Notes: generated by a model from the letters alone, not told the origin. Shown: positions 32,604 to 44,734, counted from the first letter of the stretch. The stretch: DNA of 64,000 nucleotides from an uncultured Acidimicrobiales bacterium (GCA_963806285.1 CAWDXJ010000008.1:102795-166794), one strand, 5' to 3'. A program made the numbers and translations.

Positions 32604-33438
32604 GCTGCCCGAGGTCGAGACGATCCGGCGCGACCTTCAGAGCGAGGTCCTTGGCCGGAAGATCAAGACCGTCGAGGTGAGGAACGGTCGCACGGTCCGG
32701 CGCCATCCGAGCGCCAAGCACTTCCGCGCCCGGCTGGAGGGCCACACCATCAAGTCCATCGACCGGGCGGGGAAGTACCTGCTCCTCGGCCTGGAGGACG
32801 GCCAGACCCTCGTCGTCCACCTGGGCATGAGCGGGCAGCTGCAGCGGGCCAAGAACGTGAAGGAGGCCAAGGCGCCGCACACCCACGCGGTCATCACCTT
32901 CACCCAGGGCGGGCAGCTGCGATTCGTGGATCCGCGGACGTTCGGGGAACTGTTCGTGTCGGCGGCCCCCGAGGAGGGCCAGCCGGCCCTTCCCGAGCTC
33001 TCCCACCTCGGGTTCGATCCGTTGGAGGACGTCATGAGCTGGGAGAAGTTCTGGGTGCTGCTGGCCGCCCAGAAGCGGGGCCTGAAGGCGCTCCTGATGG
33101 ACCAGGAATTCGTGGCCGGGATCGGCAACATGTATGCCGACGAGATCCTGTTCGCCGCCGGGTTGCGCTACGACCGCCTGTCCAACTCGCTCTCCTCCCA
33201 GGAGGTGCGGCGCCTGTACCGGGCGATGGTCGAGACCCTGGCCGAGGCGGTGAAGCGCCGGGGATCCTCGCTGGCCGACGAGCAGTACCGCGACCTGTTC
33301 GGCGAGGTCGGCGATTACCAGGACCAGCACCAGGCCTACGACCGCGAGGGCCAGGCCTGCCGGAGGTGCCGCGCCACCATCGTCAAGGTCAAGTCGGGAG
33401 GGCGCTCGACGTACTTCTGCGAGCACTGCCAGGTCTGA
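32596..33438 (+). CDS. mutM: Formamidopyrimidine-DNA glycosylase
   Basis: MPELPEVETIRRDL, HLGMSG, DPRTFGE, AGIGNMYADEILF, C-terminal zinc finger CRRC...YFCEHCQ; intact. Confidence 0.95.
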   Translation: MPELPEVETIRRDLQSEVLGRKIKTVEVRNGRTVRRHPSAKHFRARLEGHTIKSIDRAGKYLLLGLEDGQTLVVHLGMSGQLQRAKNVKEAKAPHTHAVITFTQGGQLRFVDPRTFGELFVSAAPEEGQPALPELSHLGFDPLEDVMSWEKFWVLLAAQKRGLKALLMDQEFVAGIGNMYADEILFAAGLRYDRLSNSLSSQEVRRLYRAMVETLAEAVKRRGSSLADEQYRDLFGEVGDYQDQHQAYDREGQACRRCRATIVKVKSGGRSTYFCEHCQV

Positions 33439-33558
33439 GGTCGTCGTCCCCCCGGGCGCTCCCGCGCCGCGACCGCACGTGCCGCACGCGCCGCACGCCC
33501 GCGCCGCGGCGCCCCGCCGCACCGATCCGGGTCGTCCCCGTCCACCGGTGGCTGCCGA

Positions 33559-33564
33559 TAGGGT
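33559..33564 (+). promoter_or_regulatory. -10-like TAGGGT, 9 nt upstream of the smc GTG
   Basis: cgaTAGGGTgagcacccgGTGttc. Confidence 0.35.
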
Positions 33565-33573
33565 GAGCACCCG

Positions 33574-36500
33574 GTGTTCCTGAAGTCGCTCTCCCTCAAA
33601 GGATTCAAGTCCTTCGCCGACCCGGCCGTGCTCGAATTCGAGCCCGGCATCACCGTGGTGGTCGGTCCCAACGGGAGCGGCAAGTCCAACGTCGTCGATG
33701 CCGTGGCCTGGGTGCTGGGCGCCCAGGGCCCCCGCACCCTGCGGTCGGCCAAGATGGAGGACGTCATCTTCATGGGGACGGCCAACCGCCCGGCGCTGGG
33801 GAGGGCCGAGGTGGCCCTGACCATCGACAACAGCGCCGGCAAGCTGGCCACCGACCTGGCCGAGATCACCATCACCCGCACCCTGTTCCGGTCGGGCGAC
33901 AGCGAGTACTCGATCAACGGCGCCCCCTGCCGGCTCCTCGACATCCAAGAGCTCCTGTCCGACACCGGCGTGGGCCGCCAGCAGCACGTCATCATCAGCC
34001 AGGGACACCTCGACGCCATCTTGGAGGCCCGACCGGAGGACCGGCGGGCGGTCATCGAGGAAGCGGCCGGGGTGCTCAAGTACCGCCGCCGGCGCGAACG
34101 GTCCGAGCGGCGCCTGGCCGCCACCGAGGAGAACCTCGAGCGACTGTTCGACCTGGTCCGTGAGGTCAAACGGCAGATCCGGCCGCTCGAGCGCCAGGCG
34201 GCGGCCGCCCGCTCGTACACGGGGCTGGCCGACGAGCTGCGCTCGGTCCGCCTCTACGTGGCCGGGTCGGAGCTCCAGGCCCTCGACTTCCGGCACGCCG
34301 AGGGGGCCGGGGCCCGGCCGAACTGCGGACCGCGGAGGAGCGGCTGCGGGAATCGCTCAGCCAGCTCGACGCCGACACCGAGCGGACCGCCGACGAGATG
34401 TCGGCACAGCGCGGAGTCCGATCTGGCCTCCGCCCTGGGCCGGGCCGAGGGGCTGGTCGAGCGGGCCCGCGGGCTCTCCGGCGTGCTCCGTGAGCGCCAG
34501 CGGTCGCTGGCCCAGGCGCTCGACGCCGCCGCCGATGCCGATGTCGTCTCGACGCTGGAGGCCGAGGGTGCCCGGCTGGCCGCAGAGCTGGAGTCCGCCG
34601 GGGCCGAAGCCGCGGTCGCTGGCGCCGGAGGCAGGAGGCGGTCGTCGCCGCCGAGCGGGCGGCCGCCGCCGAGCTCGAGGTCCATCTCGAGGCATGGGGG
34701 GACGGGGCCGAGCTCCGACAGGCCGAAGAGGCGGTCACCGTGGCCCGGGGCCAGGTCGCCGCCCTCGACCATGCCCTCGAGCGGGATCGGCGGGCCCTCG
34801 ACCAACTGGGGGCCCGGCTGGCCGCCACCGAGCGCCGCACCGCGCTCCTCGAAGGCGAGGACCACGAGCTGGGCGAGCGCCTGGCCGAGACCGAGCAGGC
34901 GCGCCATCAGCTGCAGACGGCGGTGGCCGAGACCGAGGCGGCCCACGCCCGCGCCACCCGGCGGTTGGAAGTGGCCGAGGAGGCCCTGCGCCAGTCCGAA
35001 CAGGAGCTCCACCGCTCGGCGGCCCGGGCCGATGCGCTCGAGCGGGCCCTCGACGAGGCCCGCGGGGCGGCCGGGGCCGAGCTGCTGGCCGGCATCGACG
35101 GGGTGGTCGGGACCCTGCTCGACGTGGTGGAGGTGGACGCAGGCTGGGAGGAGGCGTTCGAGGCGGCGGCCGGTGCCTCGGTGGCCGCCGTCGTCGTGTC
35201 GGGTCGGGCGCCGGCCAAGGCGGCGCTGTCCCGACTGCGCCAGGGCGGGGCCACCGGGGCCGTGCTGGCCCTCACCGAATCGTCCGCCGGCGACGCGGCG
35301 CGGATCCGGCCGAGCGCGCCGGACCGGGACACCGGCCGGGACCGAGTCGATCCGCCGGCATGTGCGGCCGCGCCCCGGCGGCCGCCACCTCCCGGGCCTG
35401 GAGGCCGCGCTCGACACGCTGCTGGCCGGGTCGTGCTGCGCCCTGGGCGGGTGGTCCGAGGCCATCGACCTGGCCCTGGCCCGTCCCGACCTGGTGGTCG
35501 TCACCCGGGACGGGGACCGGTTCTCGTCCACCGGCTGGCGGGTGCGGGCCGCGCGGTGGAGTGGTCACCGCCGCCGTGGTCGAAGAGGCCAGAGCGCGGG
35601 CCGACGACGGCCGCCGCTGCCGCGTCCGAGACGGCCGAGGAGCGCAACGGCGGCGCGGGCCGAGGTGGAGGCCACCAGGGCCGCCGCCGCCGAGGCGGTC
35701 CGGTCCGACGACCGCAACGAGGTCGCCCACCAGACGGCCCGGTCGGCCCGTCAGCGGGTGGCCGACGACCTGGCTGGCCCTGGCCGCCGAGCTCGAGGAG
35801 GTCCGCCGCGACCATGCCGAGCTCGACGACCGGATCGCCCGGGACATCGACGCGGGCGGTCGCAGCTCCGCGAGGAGCTGCCCGGCCTGGAGGCGGCCCG
35901 GGCCGGGGCGGCCGAGCGGGCGGCGAGCGGCCCGGTGAGGAGCGCGGCGGATCGACGAGCGGATCGCCGAGGCCGCCGTCACTGCGGGGCGAGTGGGAGG
36001 TCCGGTCGGCCGGCCTGGTCGAGCGCCGGCGGGTGCTGAGCCGAGCGGTTGCAGGAGGTCGAGCGGAGGCTGACCGGGCACGCCGACGAGCGCCGTCAGG
36101 CGGCCGAGCGCAGGAGGCGACTGGAGGCGGACGCCACCGCCGTGGAGCGGCTGCTGGTCGTGGTGGCCTCGGCCCAGGAACGCCTGGACTCGGCCCTGGC
36201 GGAACTGCGCGAGCGCTACCGGCTCCAGCTCGAGGCGGTCCGCGCCGGCGGGGCCAGGCTCGAGGAACTGCGCCGACAGCGCTCCGCCAACGAGCACGAA
36301 CTGGCCGCTGCCCGCGGCCGTCTCCAGAAGGTCGAGCTGGACCTGGTCGAGGCGACCATCCGGCGTGAGTCGGTGGTCGAGGCGCTGCGCCGGGAGCTGG
36401 CCTGCGGACCGGATGGGGCCATGTCGGCCCCGGCGCCGGAGCTCCCGGAGGGCTCCGACCCGACCACCCGGATCGGCCAGCTCGAGGCCGAGCTGGCGGC

Positions 36501-37424
36501 CCTGGGCCCGGTCAACCCGCTGGCGCTCGAGGAGCTCGTCCGAGCTCAGCGAGCGCCACCAGTTCCTCGAGTCCCAGGTCGAGGACGTGCGTTCGGCCCG
36601 GCGGGAGCTCCACCACGTCATCCGGACCCTGGACGAAGAGATCATGCACGTCTTCGACGCCGCCTTCGCCGACGTCAACGAGCACTTCTCGCACCTGGTC
36701 ACCTCGCTGTTCCCCGGGGGCACCGGCCGGCTCTCCCTGACCGATCCCGAGAACCTGCTCGACACCGGGGTCGAGGTGGAGGTCCGGCCGGCCGGCCGCA
36801 ACGTCCGGCGGCTGTCCCTGCTGTCGGGTGGCGAGCGCTCGCTGGTGGCCCTGGCCTACCTGTTCGCCGTGTTCCGGAGCCGGCCTTCGCCCTTCTACCT
36901 GATGGACGAGGTCGAGGCCGCCCTCGACGACGTCAACCTCCAGCGGTTCCTCGGGCCTGGTCCACGAGTTCCGGGGGGAGGCCCAGCTGATCATCGTGAG
37001 CCACCAGAAGCGCACGATGGAGGCGGCCGACGCCCTCTACGGGGTCACCATGGCCCCCGGTGGATCCTCGAAGGTGATCAGCCAGAGGGTCCCTCGCCAC
37101 GAGGGCGACTCCACGGGGATCGACGGCCCGAGCTTCGACGCCACGGGGATCGACGGCCCGACCTTCGACGCCACGGGGATCGACACCACGGCCCACGGCC
37201 CCACGTCCTTCGAGGGCACGGACGCCGGGCCCGGTGACGACTCCGGGCACGAGCTCCACTCACCGGTCCGGATCGGTCGACGGGTGCGGCCCCAGGCCGT
37301 GCCGCAGTCAGCCCCCGTCCTCGCCCAACAGCCTCCCGAGGACGCAGGGCCTCCGACCGCTCCGGGGAGCGGCGTGGTCGCGAGCGTCTCGGGGCCGAGC
37401 CTGTCGGCGGCAGCCGACCAGTGA
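33574..37424 (+). CDS. smc: Chromosome partition protein Smc; head domains clean, coiled-coil and hinge region switches frame at least 12 times; repeat-bearing C-terminal tail of uncertain extent
   Basis: [30 protein letters not shown], hinge [82 protein letters not shown]. Confidence 0.9.
37111..37186 (+). repeat. About 2.5 tandem 30-bp units in the smc 3' tail, encoding (TGIDGPxFDA)n
   Basis: ccacggggatcgacggcccgaSSttcgacg repeated. Confidence 0.85.
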
Positions 37425-38707
37425 TCGACGCGTCCTGGTCGGCCGCCGCCTCCGACGTCGGCGATCGGCCTGGCCGTCGCCATACCTGTCTGGCCGTGGG
37501 TGGTGGCGTGGCGCTGGCGCTGCGACTGCGCGGCAGGGGTGCCAAGAGTCGCGTCCCCCAGGGCGAGGTGGCCAGCGACGCCGCCACCGATGTCGAGCTG
37601 GACCGCAGCGCCGAGGCCACCCGGATCGCCCAGGCCACCCCGGGCGCCGAGATGGCCCCGACCCGGGGGCCCGACGAGGGACGTCCCAGGGGAGCCGAGC
37701 CCCTGTCGGCCGACGCGTCGGGGACCGCGCCTGTCGCCGAGCCGGTCTCCTACCGGAGCCGCCTGGGCAAGGCCCGCGGCCTGCTCTCGGGCTACCTGGG
37801 GGCGGTTCGGTCCCGGGGAAAGGTCGACGCCACCACCTGGGACGAGCTGGAGGAGGCGCTGATCCGGGCCGATGTCGGGGTCGGGGCCACCGATGCCCTG
37901 CTCGACGATCTGCGGGCCAGGGTGAAGGGCGGCGAAATCGACGGTCCTGACGCGCTGGTCGACGCGCTCAAGTCCGATCTGGTGCCGTGCTCTCGACCGC
38001 AGACGCCGCCCTGGCCGTGCCCGGTTCGTCCGAGGGGCAGGATCGGGCGACGGACTGGATGGAGAGCCCGGTGGAGCGTCAGGGGCCGAGCCGCGCCCGG
38101 TGGAGGTGTGGCTGTTCGTGGGCGTCAACGGGGTGGGCAAGACCACCACGGTGGGCAAGGTGGCCAGCCGGATGTCGGCTGCGGGCACCAAGGTGCTCCT
38201 GGCCGCGGGCGACACGTTCCGGGCCGCCGCCGGCGAGCAGCTGTGCGATGTGGGCGTCGCGGGCCGGCGCCGACATCGTCCGGGGATCGGAGGGGGGCGA
38301 TCCGAGCTCGGTGGTCTTCGACGCCGTGCAGCGGGCCGCGTCCAGGGGCCACGCGGTGGTGCTCGCCGACACCGCCGGCCGGCTGCACAACAAGGTCAAC
38401 CTCGATCGAGGAGCTGAAGAAGATCCGGCGGGTCGCCGACCGTCCCCGGGCCGGGTGGTCGGAGGTGCTGTTGGTGCTGGACGCCACGACCGGCCAGAAC
38501 GGTCTGGCCCAGGCCAAGGTCTTCCTCGAGGCGGTCGACGTGTCCGGCGTGGTGCTGACCAAGCTCGACGGGACGGCCAAGGGGGGGATCGTGGTGGCCA
38601 TCCAGCGCGAGCTCGGGCCTCCCGGTCAAGCTGGTCGGGCCTGGGGGAGGGCGTCGACGACCTGATCGACTTCGATGCCGGAGGCATTCGTGGACGCGCT
38701 GTTCTGA
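37421..38707 (+). CDS. ftsY: Signal recognition particle receptor FtsY; several frame changes
   Basis: [79 protein letters not shown]. Confidence 0.85.
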
Positions 38708-38778
38708 CCGTCGGCTCTGATCGGGCGGCCGGCCCTGATCGGAGCTCCGGGGAAGGCACGGCCCGAGCCGGGGTCCTG

Positions 38779-38784
38779 TAGCCT
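38779..38784 (+). promoter_or_regulatory. -10-like TAGCCT, 9 nt upstream of the ffh ATG
   Basis: tgTAGCCTgaggaccccATGttc. Confidence 0.3.
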
Positions 38785-38793
38785 GAGGACCCC

Positions 38794-40377
38794 ATGTTCG
38801 AGAGCCTGACCGACCGATTCGAGGGGATCCTCACCAGGCTGCGCAGTCGGGGGCGGCTGAGCGAGGCCGACATCGACGAGGTCCTCCGCGAGATCCGCAC
38901 CGCCCTGCTCGAGGCCGACGTGGAGATCGGGGTGGTCCGCGGTTTCACCGATGCGGTCCGCCCGCGTTGCGTCGGCCTGGAGCTGGTCCAGAACCTGAGC
39001 CCCGGCCAGCAGGTCATCAAGATCGTCAACGAGGAACTCGTCGGCGATCCTCGGCGGCGAGACGCTCAAGATCACCTACGCCGGCAGGCCACCGACCGTC
39101 ATCCTGCTGGCCGGGCTGCAGGGCTCGGGGAAGACCACCACCTCGGCCAAGTTGGCCCGCTGGTTCAAGCAGCAGGGTCGCAACCCGCTCCTGGTCGGGG
39201 CCGACCTCCAGCGGCCGGCCGCCGTCGAGCAGCTCCGCGTGCTCGGCCAGCAGGCGGGGATCACCGTCTTCAGCGAGCCCACCGACCCGGTGGCGGTGGC
39301 CACGGCCGGCCTCGAGGAGGCCAGGCGGCTGGGCCGGGACGTCCTCATCGTGGACACCGCCGGCCGACTGGCCATCGACGAGGACCTGATGGACGAGATC
39401 CGGCACATCGCCGAGCCGTGGACCCCCATTACACGTTCCTGGTCATCGACGCCATGACCGGGCAGGACGCGGTGTCGACGGCAGCGGCCTTCCATCAGGC
39501 CCTCGTCGCTCGACGGCGTCGATCCTGACCAAGCTCGACGGCGACGCCCGGGGCGGGGCGGCGCTGTCGGTCAAGGAGGTGGTGGGCAGGCCCATCGCCT
39601 TCGCCTCCACCGGCGAGAAGCTCGACGACTTCGACCTGTTCCACCCGGACCGGATGGCCGACCGCATCCTCGGGATGGGCGACGTGCTCAGCCTCATCGA
39701 GCAGGCCGACCGGACCATGGACAAGGAGGTCACCACCAAGGGTGCGGCCGCCATGATCGAGGGGCGGTTCACCCTCGAGGACTTTCTCGAGCAGCTCCAG
39801 CAGGTGAAGAAGATGGGCTCGGTGTCGGGGATGCTGTCCCTGCTTCCCGGGGGTGCCGAAGGACCTGAAGCAGGCCTCGTCGGCCATCGACGACCGCCAG
39901 ATCGGCCAGATCGAGGCGATCATCCGCTCGATGACGCCCACGGAGCGGGTCGAGCCCGGCCATCATCGACGGCGCCCGGCGGGTCCGGATCGCCAACGGC
40001 AGCGGTACCGCCACCTCCGACGTCAACGCCCTCCTCAAGCAGTTCAAGGAGATGCAGAAGATGATGAAGGGACTCGGCAAGGGCGGCCTGGCGGGGCATG
40101 GGCGGGCTCGGCGGGATGTTCGGGCGGGGGGCCAAGATGTCCCCGAAGGCCATGGCCGAGATGGCGGAGATGGCCGAGATGGCCGAGATGGGCGCCGCCG
40201 GCGGGGACCGGGCCGCCCTGGCCGGGATGAGCGGGGCGCCGGCGGATCCCCCGGCGCGGCGTTCGCCCTGGTCCGGACCGGGCCGTGGGCGCCGGTACCC
40301 GAGGTCCGTCGAAGTCGAAGGGCAAGGGCGGGAAGAAGGGGAAGGGCGGCGGACGGGTGACCCCCAAGGCCCGCTGA
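38794..40377 (+). CDS. ffh: Signal recognition particle protein Ffh; several frame changes
   Basis: [69 protein letters not shown]-domain KKMGS, Met-rich tail. Confidence 0.9.
40152..40190 (+). repeat. About 4 tandem 9-bp units (atggcSgag) in the ffh tail, encoding (MAE)n
   Basis: atggccgag atggcggag atggccgag atggccgag atg. Confidence 0.8.
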
Positions 40378-40526
40378 GCGAGGGCCTTGCCGCCCACGCA
40401 GCGGGTCCGACCCGTGCAGGCATTGGCCGTGTGCGGCCGGTCCGACCGGCCGGCCCGATTGCGCGTCAGCCCCGGCATTGGTGGGAGACTGCTGGGCGCT
40501 ATCGACAGAATGCAGAGGAGTTCACC

Positions 40527-40816
40527 GTGGCCGTAAAGCTCCGCCTGGTGCGGATCGGGAAGAAGAAGCAGCCGACCTACCGGCTGGTGGCGGCGGACAG
40601 CCGCTCGCCGCGCAACGGGCGGTTCATCGAGATCGTGGGCACCTACGCCCCCCGGGGCAAGTCGTTGGCCGAGCCCGACGCCGTCGTGCGAGATCGACAA
40701 CGCCAAGGCCGTCAAATGGCTGTCCCAGGGGGCGACACCCACCGAGCGGGTCGAGAAGCTGCTGAAGCAGTCCGGGCGCCCTCGACGAGTTTGCGACGGC
40801 CAAGGCGGCCAAGTGA
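40527..40816 (+). CDS. rpsP: 30S ribosomal protein S16; two single-base insertions as sequenced
   Basis: [82 protein letters not shown]. Confidence 0.9.
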
Positions 40817-41152
40817 CCGACGACCTCGCACTCGACTCGGCCGACGACGTCAACACCATCGACGACGTCGACGGCCACGAGGACGACGACGCCGGCAACC
40901 GGGTCTCGGGTGGGACTCCGCTGGCCGTGGTGACCTACCTGGTCAACTCCATCACCTCCGATCCCGGGTGCCGTGGTCATCAACACCGAGGAGCGGGGCG
41001 ACTCGGTCCGCTTCCGCATCCACGTCGCCCCCGACGACATGGGCCGGGTGATCGGCCGTCGGGGACGGGTGGCCCAGGCCATCCGCACGGTGGTGGCCGC
41101 CGCCGGGGCCCGCGACGGGGTCCAGACCAGCGTCGACATCGTCGACGACTGA
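40813..41152 (+). CDS. KH-domain RNA-binding protein (YlqC-like) with acidic N-terminal extension; one frame change
   Basis: GTGA overlap with rps[31 protein letters not shown]. Confidence 0.75.
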
Positions 41153-41235
41153 GGCCGCCGATTCGGTGCCCGGCGCCGCCCACCCCGCACCCGCTGGCAC
41201 CACCGTCTCCCTGCTTGCCAGTACGTGGCCGTCGC

Positions 41236-41274
41236 GATCCGTCCGATCCGTCCGATCCGTCCGATCCGTCCGAT
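41236..41274. repeat. 4.3 tandem 9-bp units (gatccgtcc) in the KH-rimM intergenic spacer
   Basis: gatccgtcc x4 + gat, read directly. Confidence 0.85.
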
Positions 41275-41287
41275 GACCGGGACGGCC

Positions 41288-41760
41288 ATGCTCGAGGTGG
41301 GCTCCATCGTGAAGCCCCACGGGCTCCGGGGCGACATGATCGTCTCGCTGAGCCACCAACCGGGACGAGCGGGTGGCGCCCGGCTCGGTGCTCAGCACGG
41401 ATGACGGTCGCGGATCTCACGGTGCTCCGCTCCTCGCCTCACCAGGGCCGGTTCATCGTCACCTTCGACGGGGCTGTCGGGCATCGACGAGGCCGAGAGC
41501 CTGCGAGGACCCGAGCTGTTCGCCCCTCCGCTGGACGACCCCGACGCCCTGTGGGTCCACGAGCTGATCGGGTCCAGGGTCGAGGACAGCCGAGGGCGGG
41601 TGCTCGGCGACGGTGGAGGGCGTCGAGGCCAACCCGGCCAGCGACCTGCTGGTCCTCGACGGGGGAGCGCTGATCCCGCTGCGCTTCGTGGTCGGCAGCG
41701 AGCCCGGCGTGCGTGGTCACCGTGGACGTCCCCGACGGCCTCCTCGACCTCGTGCGCTGA
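41288..41760 (+). CDS. rimM: 16S rRNA processing protein RimM; several frame changes
   Basis: [64 protein letters not shown]. Confidence 0.8.
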
Positions 41761-41776
41761 CTCCGGTGCCGTCTCC

Positions 41777-42563
41777 ATGCGTGCACCGCTCCGGATCGAC
41801 GTCTTCACGCTGTTCCCCGAGGTCATCGAGCACTACGCCGACGCCTCGATCCTCGGTCGGGCCCGGGTCGGGGGCCAGCTGGACCTGCGGACCCACGACG
41901 TCCGGGACGCCGCACCGGGATCCGCACCGGTCGGTGGACGACGCCCCGTTCGGGGGCGGAGCGGGGATGGTCCTGGGCCCCGAGCCGGTGTTCGGCGCGG
42001 TGGAGGCGGTGCCGGCATCACCCGACGGCCTGCCCCGGCCCCTGGTGCTGCTGTCGCCCTCGGGCCGGCGCTTCGACCAGCAGGTGGCCGAGGAGTACGC
42101 GGCGACGAGGGACGGGTTCTCGCTGCTGTGCGGGCGCTACGAGGGCGTGGACCAGCGGGTGGCCGACCATCTGGTCGACGAGGAGCTGTCGGTCGGCGAC
42201 TTCGTGCTGGCCGGCGGCGAGCTGGCCGCCCTGGTGGTGGTCGAGGCGGTGGTGCGCCTGCTGCCCGGGGTGCTCGGGCAACGACCAGTCCGCCGACGAC
42301 GAGAGCTTCTCGGCCGGCCTGCTCGAGTACCCCCAGTACACCCGGCCGGCCGAGTTCCGGGGCTGGGAGGTCCCCGAGGTCCTGCTCTCCGGGGACCACG
42401 GCCGGGTGGAGCGCTGGCGGCGGGCCCAGGCCCTGGTCCGTACCCTGCGGCGCCGTCCCGACCTGATCGCCGCCCGGGGCGGGCTGACTCGGCCGAGGAG
42501 GTCCGGCTGCTGGCGGAGCACGGTGAGGTGCGCCTGCTCCGCGAACACGGCTACGATTGGTGA
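41777..42563 (+). CDS. trmD: tRNA (guanine37-N1)-methyltransferase TrmD; several frame changes
   Basis: [80 protein letters not shown]. Confidence 0.85.
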
Positions 42564-42696
42564 GCCTCGTCGGCGCCGGTCGGCCCGGTGTTCGCACCGA
42601 AGGCCCGGACCGCTCGGCGCTCCCTTGGCGGAGCTCACCGGCGAGGGACGGGTGCCCGGCGGGAGAGTCCGAACGATCCGTGGAAAGACGCGCCCC

Positions 42697-43050
42697 ATGA
42701 ACCCGACCGACATCATCGACCGCGACAGCCTGCGGGACGACATCCCCGACTTCCGGCCCGGCGACACCGTCAAGGTGCACGTGCGGGTGGTCGAGGGCAC
42801 CCGCGAGCGGGTCCAGGTGTTCCAGGGCGCGGTGGTCAGGCGCCAGGGCACCGGCGTGCGCGAGACCTTCACCGTCCGCAAGGTGAGCTTCGGCGTGGGA
42901 GTCGAGCGCACGTTCCCCGTGCACTCCCCGGTGATCGCCAAGACCGAGGTGGTGTCGCTGGGCGACGTCCGCCGGGCCAAGCTCTACTACCTGCGCGACC
43001 GCCACGGCAAGGCGGCCAAGATCAAGGAGCGGCGGACTGCCCGCCCCTGA
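42697..43050 (+). CDS. rplS: 50S ribosomal protein L19
   Basis: [29 protein letters not shown]...[21 protein letters not shown]...RRAKLYYLR; intact. Confidence 0.95.
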   Translation: MNPTDIIDRDSLRDDIPDFRPGDTVKVHVRVVEGTRERVQVFQGAVVRRQGTGVRETFTVRKVSFGVGVERTFPVHSPVIAKTEVVSLGDVRRAKLYYLRDRHGKAAKIKERRTARP

Positions 43051-43103
43051 CCCGGTCGGTCCGCTGCCGGCTGCGGTCGTCGGCCGGGCGGCGCTCTGCC
43101 ACC

Positions 43104-43398
43104 ATGAGCGAAGAGGACCTCGAGCGGTACGAGTCGGAGATCGAGCTGGCCCTGGTGCAGGAGTACCGGGCCGTCCTCCCGCTCTTCGCCTACGTGGTGG
43201 AGACCGAGCGGCGCTTCTACCTGGCCAACAGCGTCGACGTCGACGGTGCGGTCCGACACCTCGCCGGCCTGCGTCGAGGTCAAGCTCAACGACGCCTGGG
43301 TGTGGGACATGTACCGGCCGGCCCGCTTCGTGCCCTCGGTGCGCATCCTCACCTTCCGGGACGTCAACATCGAGCGGCTGCCCGAGAAGGATCTGTGA
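43104..43398 (+). CDS. DUF2469 family protein; one frame change
   Basis: MSEEDLERYESEIELALVQEYRAVLPLFAYVVETERRFYLAN, then DAWVWDMYRPARFVPSVRILTFRDVNIE. Confidence 0.7.
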
Positions 43399-43797
43399 GC
43401 CGGCCGGTTCCGGGCCGGCCAACGACCGGCGCCGGCCCGGGGGCAGATCGGCGGCGGGCGCTCGGGGCCGAGGGCGAGGCCCTGGCCGCCCAGTGGTACG
43501 AGGACCACGGCTACGAGGTCCTCGACCGCAATTGGCGCCGCCGAGAGGGTGAGGTGGACCTGATCGTGCGCCGGGGCAAGACCGTGGTCTTCTGCGAGGT
43601 CAAGACCCGGTCGAGCGACGGTTCGGCACGGGTGCCGAGTCGGTGCTCGAAGCCAAAGCAGCGCCGGATCAGGCGCCTGGCCGCACGGTGGCTGTCCGAA
43701 CTGACCCCGGCCTCGGGCCGGGCCCGGGTGGAGGTCCGCTTCGACGTGGTGCTCGATCACCGCCGGCCAGGTCGAGGTCATCGAGAACGCCTTCTGA
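43395..43797 (+). CDS. YraN/UPF0102 family endonuclease; frame changes
   Basis: GEALAAQWYEDHGYEVLDRNWRRREGEVDLIVRRGKTVVFCEVKTR...RFDVV. Confidence 0.7.
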
Positions 43798-43862
43798 GGG
43801 CGGGTCGGCGATCGCCCGTCCCAGGGGCGTTCGCCTCCGGGAGCGGCCGATCGGCGATCTCC

Positions 43863-43868
43863 TAGGCT
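43863..43868 (+). promoter_or_regulatory. -10-like TAGGCT, 6 nt upstream of ATG 43875 (leaderless candidate)
   Basis: ccTAGGCTgcgcggATGccc. Confidence 0.35.
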
Positions 43869-43874
43869 GCGCGG

Positions 43875-44675
43875 ATGCCCGACCAGCTCGAGACCCTGAT
43901 CGTGGAACGCGCACGACGGCGTGGTCACCGTCACCATGAACCGCCCGGCCCGCAAGAACGCCGCCAACGGCACCATGTGGCGCGAGCTCCTGGCCACCTT
44001 CGACGACGTGGCCGGACCGACCGGGACGACCGGGTCATGGTCCTGACCGGCGCCGGCGACGCCTTCTGCTCCGGGGCCGACCTCGGTGACCCGTCCGACG
44101 TGGCCGGCCGGCCGGGGGACCCGTACCTGGTCCAGATGCGCGCGCTTGGGAGACGTGGCCCTCCGACTGCACCGCCTCCCCAAGCCCACCATCGCCAAGG
44201 TCGGCGGCATGGCCGCCGGGGCCGGCATGAGCATGGCGCTGGGCTGCGACCTGGTGGTGGCGTCGGAGTCGGCCCGGTTCTCCCAGATCTTCTCCAAGCG
44301 GGGCCTGTCGATGGACTTCGGTGCGTCGTGGCTGCTCCCCCGGTTGATCGGCCTCCACCGGGCCAAGGAGCTCGCCTTCTTCGCCGACATCATCGAGCGC
44401 CCAGCAGGCGGCCGAGTTCGGGGTGGTCAACCGGGTCGTTCCGGATGATCAGCTGGACGAGTTCGTCGCCGAGTGGGCCAGGCGCCTGGCCGCCGGGCCC
44501 CCGCTGGCCCTGTCCATGACCAAGACGATGCTGAACAACTCCCTCGACCTCTCCATGGACCAGGCCCTCGAGGAGGAGGCCCGCTCCCAGGCGGTCAACT
44601 TCGGTACGGCCGACACCATGGAGGCGCATCGCTGCCTTCACCCAGAAGCGCGATCCCCAGTTCAAGGGACGCTGA
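43875..44675 (+). CDS. Enoyl-CoA hydratase/isomerase (crotonase) family; several frame changes
   Basis: VMVLTGAGDAFCSGADL, KPTIAKVGGMAAGAGMSMALGCDLVVASESARF, GLSMDFGASWLLPRLIG, DTMEA...KRDPQFKGR*. Confidence 0.8.
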
Positions 44676-44676
44676 G

Positions 44677-44698
44677 TCCGGACGGTCGCGCGTCCGGA
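44677..44698 (+). terminator. 8-bp GC hairpin directly after the hydratase stop codon (no U tract)
   Basis: tccggacg-gtcgcg-cgtccgga. Confidence 0.3.
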
Positions 44699-44734
44699 GG
44701 GCCCTGTCCGAGGTGCCGACGTCCGGGGTGCAGG

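Noticed and set aside
32137-34296. Very long antisense ORFs (for example 32137-34296 minus, 719 aa; also 20882-22687, 23133-24917, 56082-57530, 53610-54536 and 4337-5257 on the minus strand, plus many Arg/Pro/Gly-rich alternate-frame ORFs).
   Set aside because: They lie opposite or out of frame to genes with unmistakable conserved motifs. They translate to low-complexity R/P/G/A strings and are the expected stop-codon-poor artefacts of a genome of about 70 percent GC.
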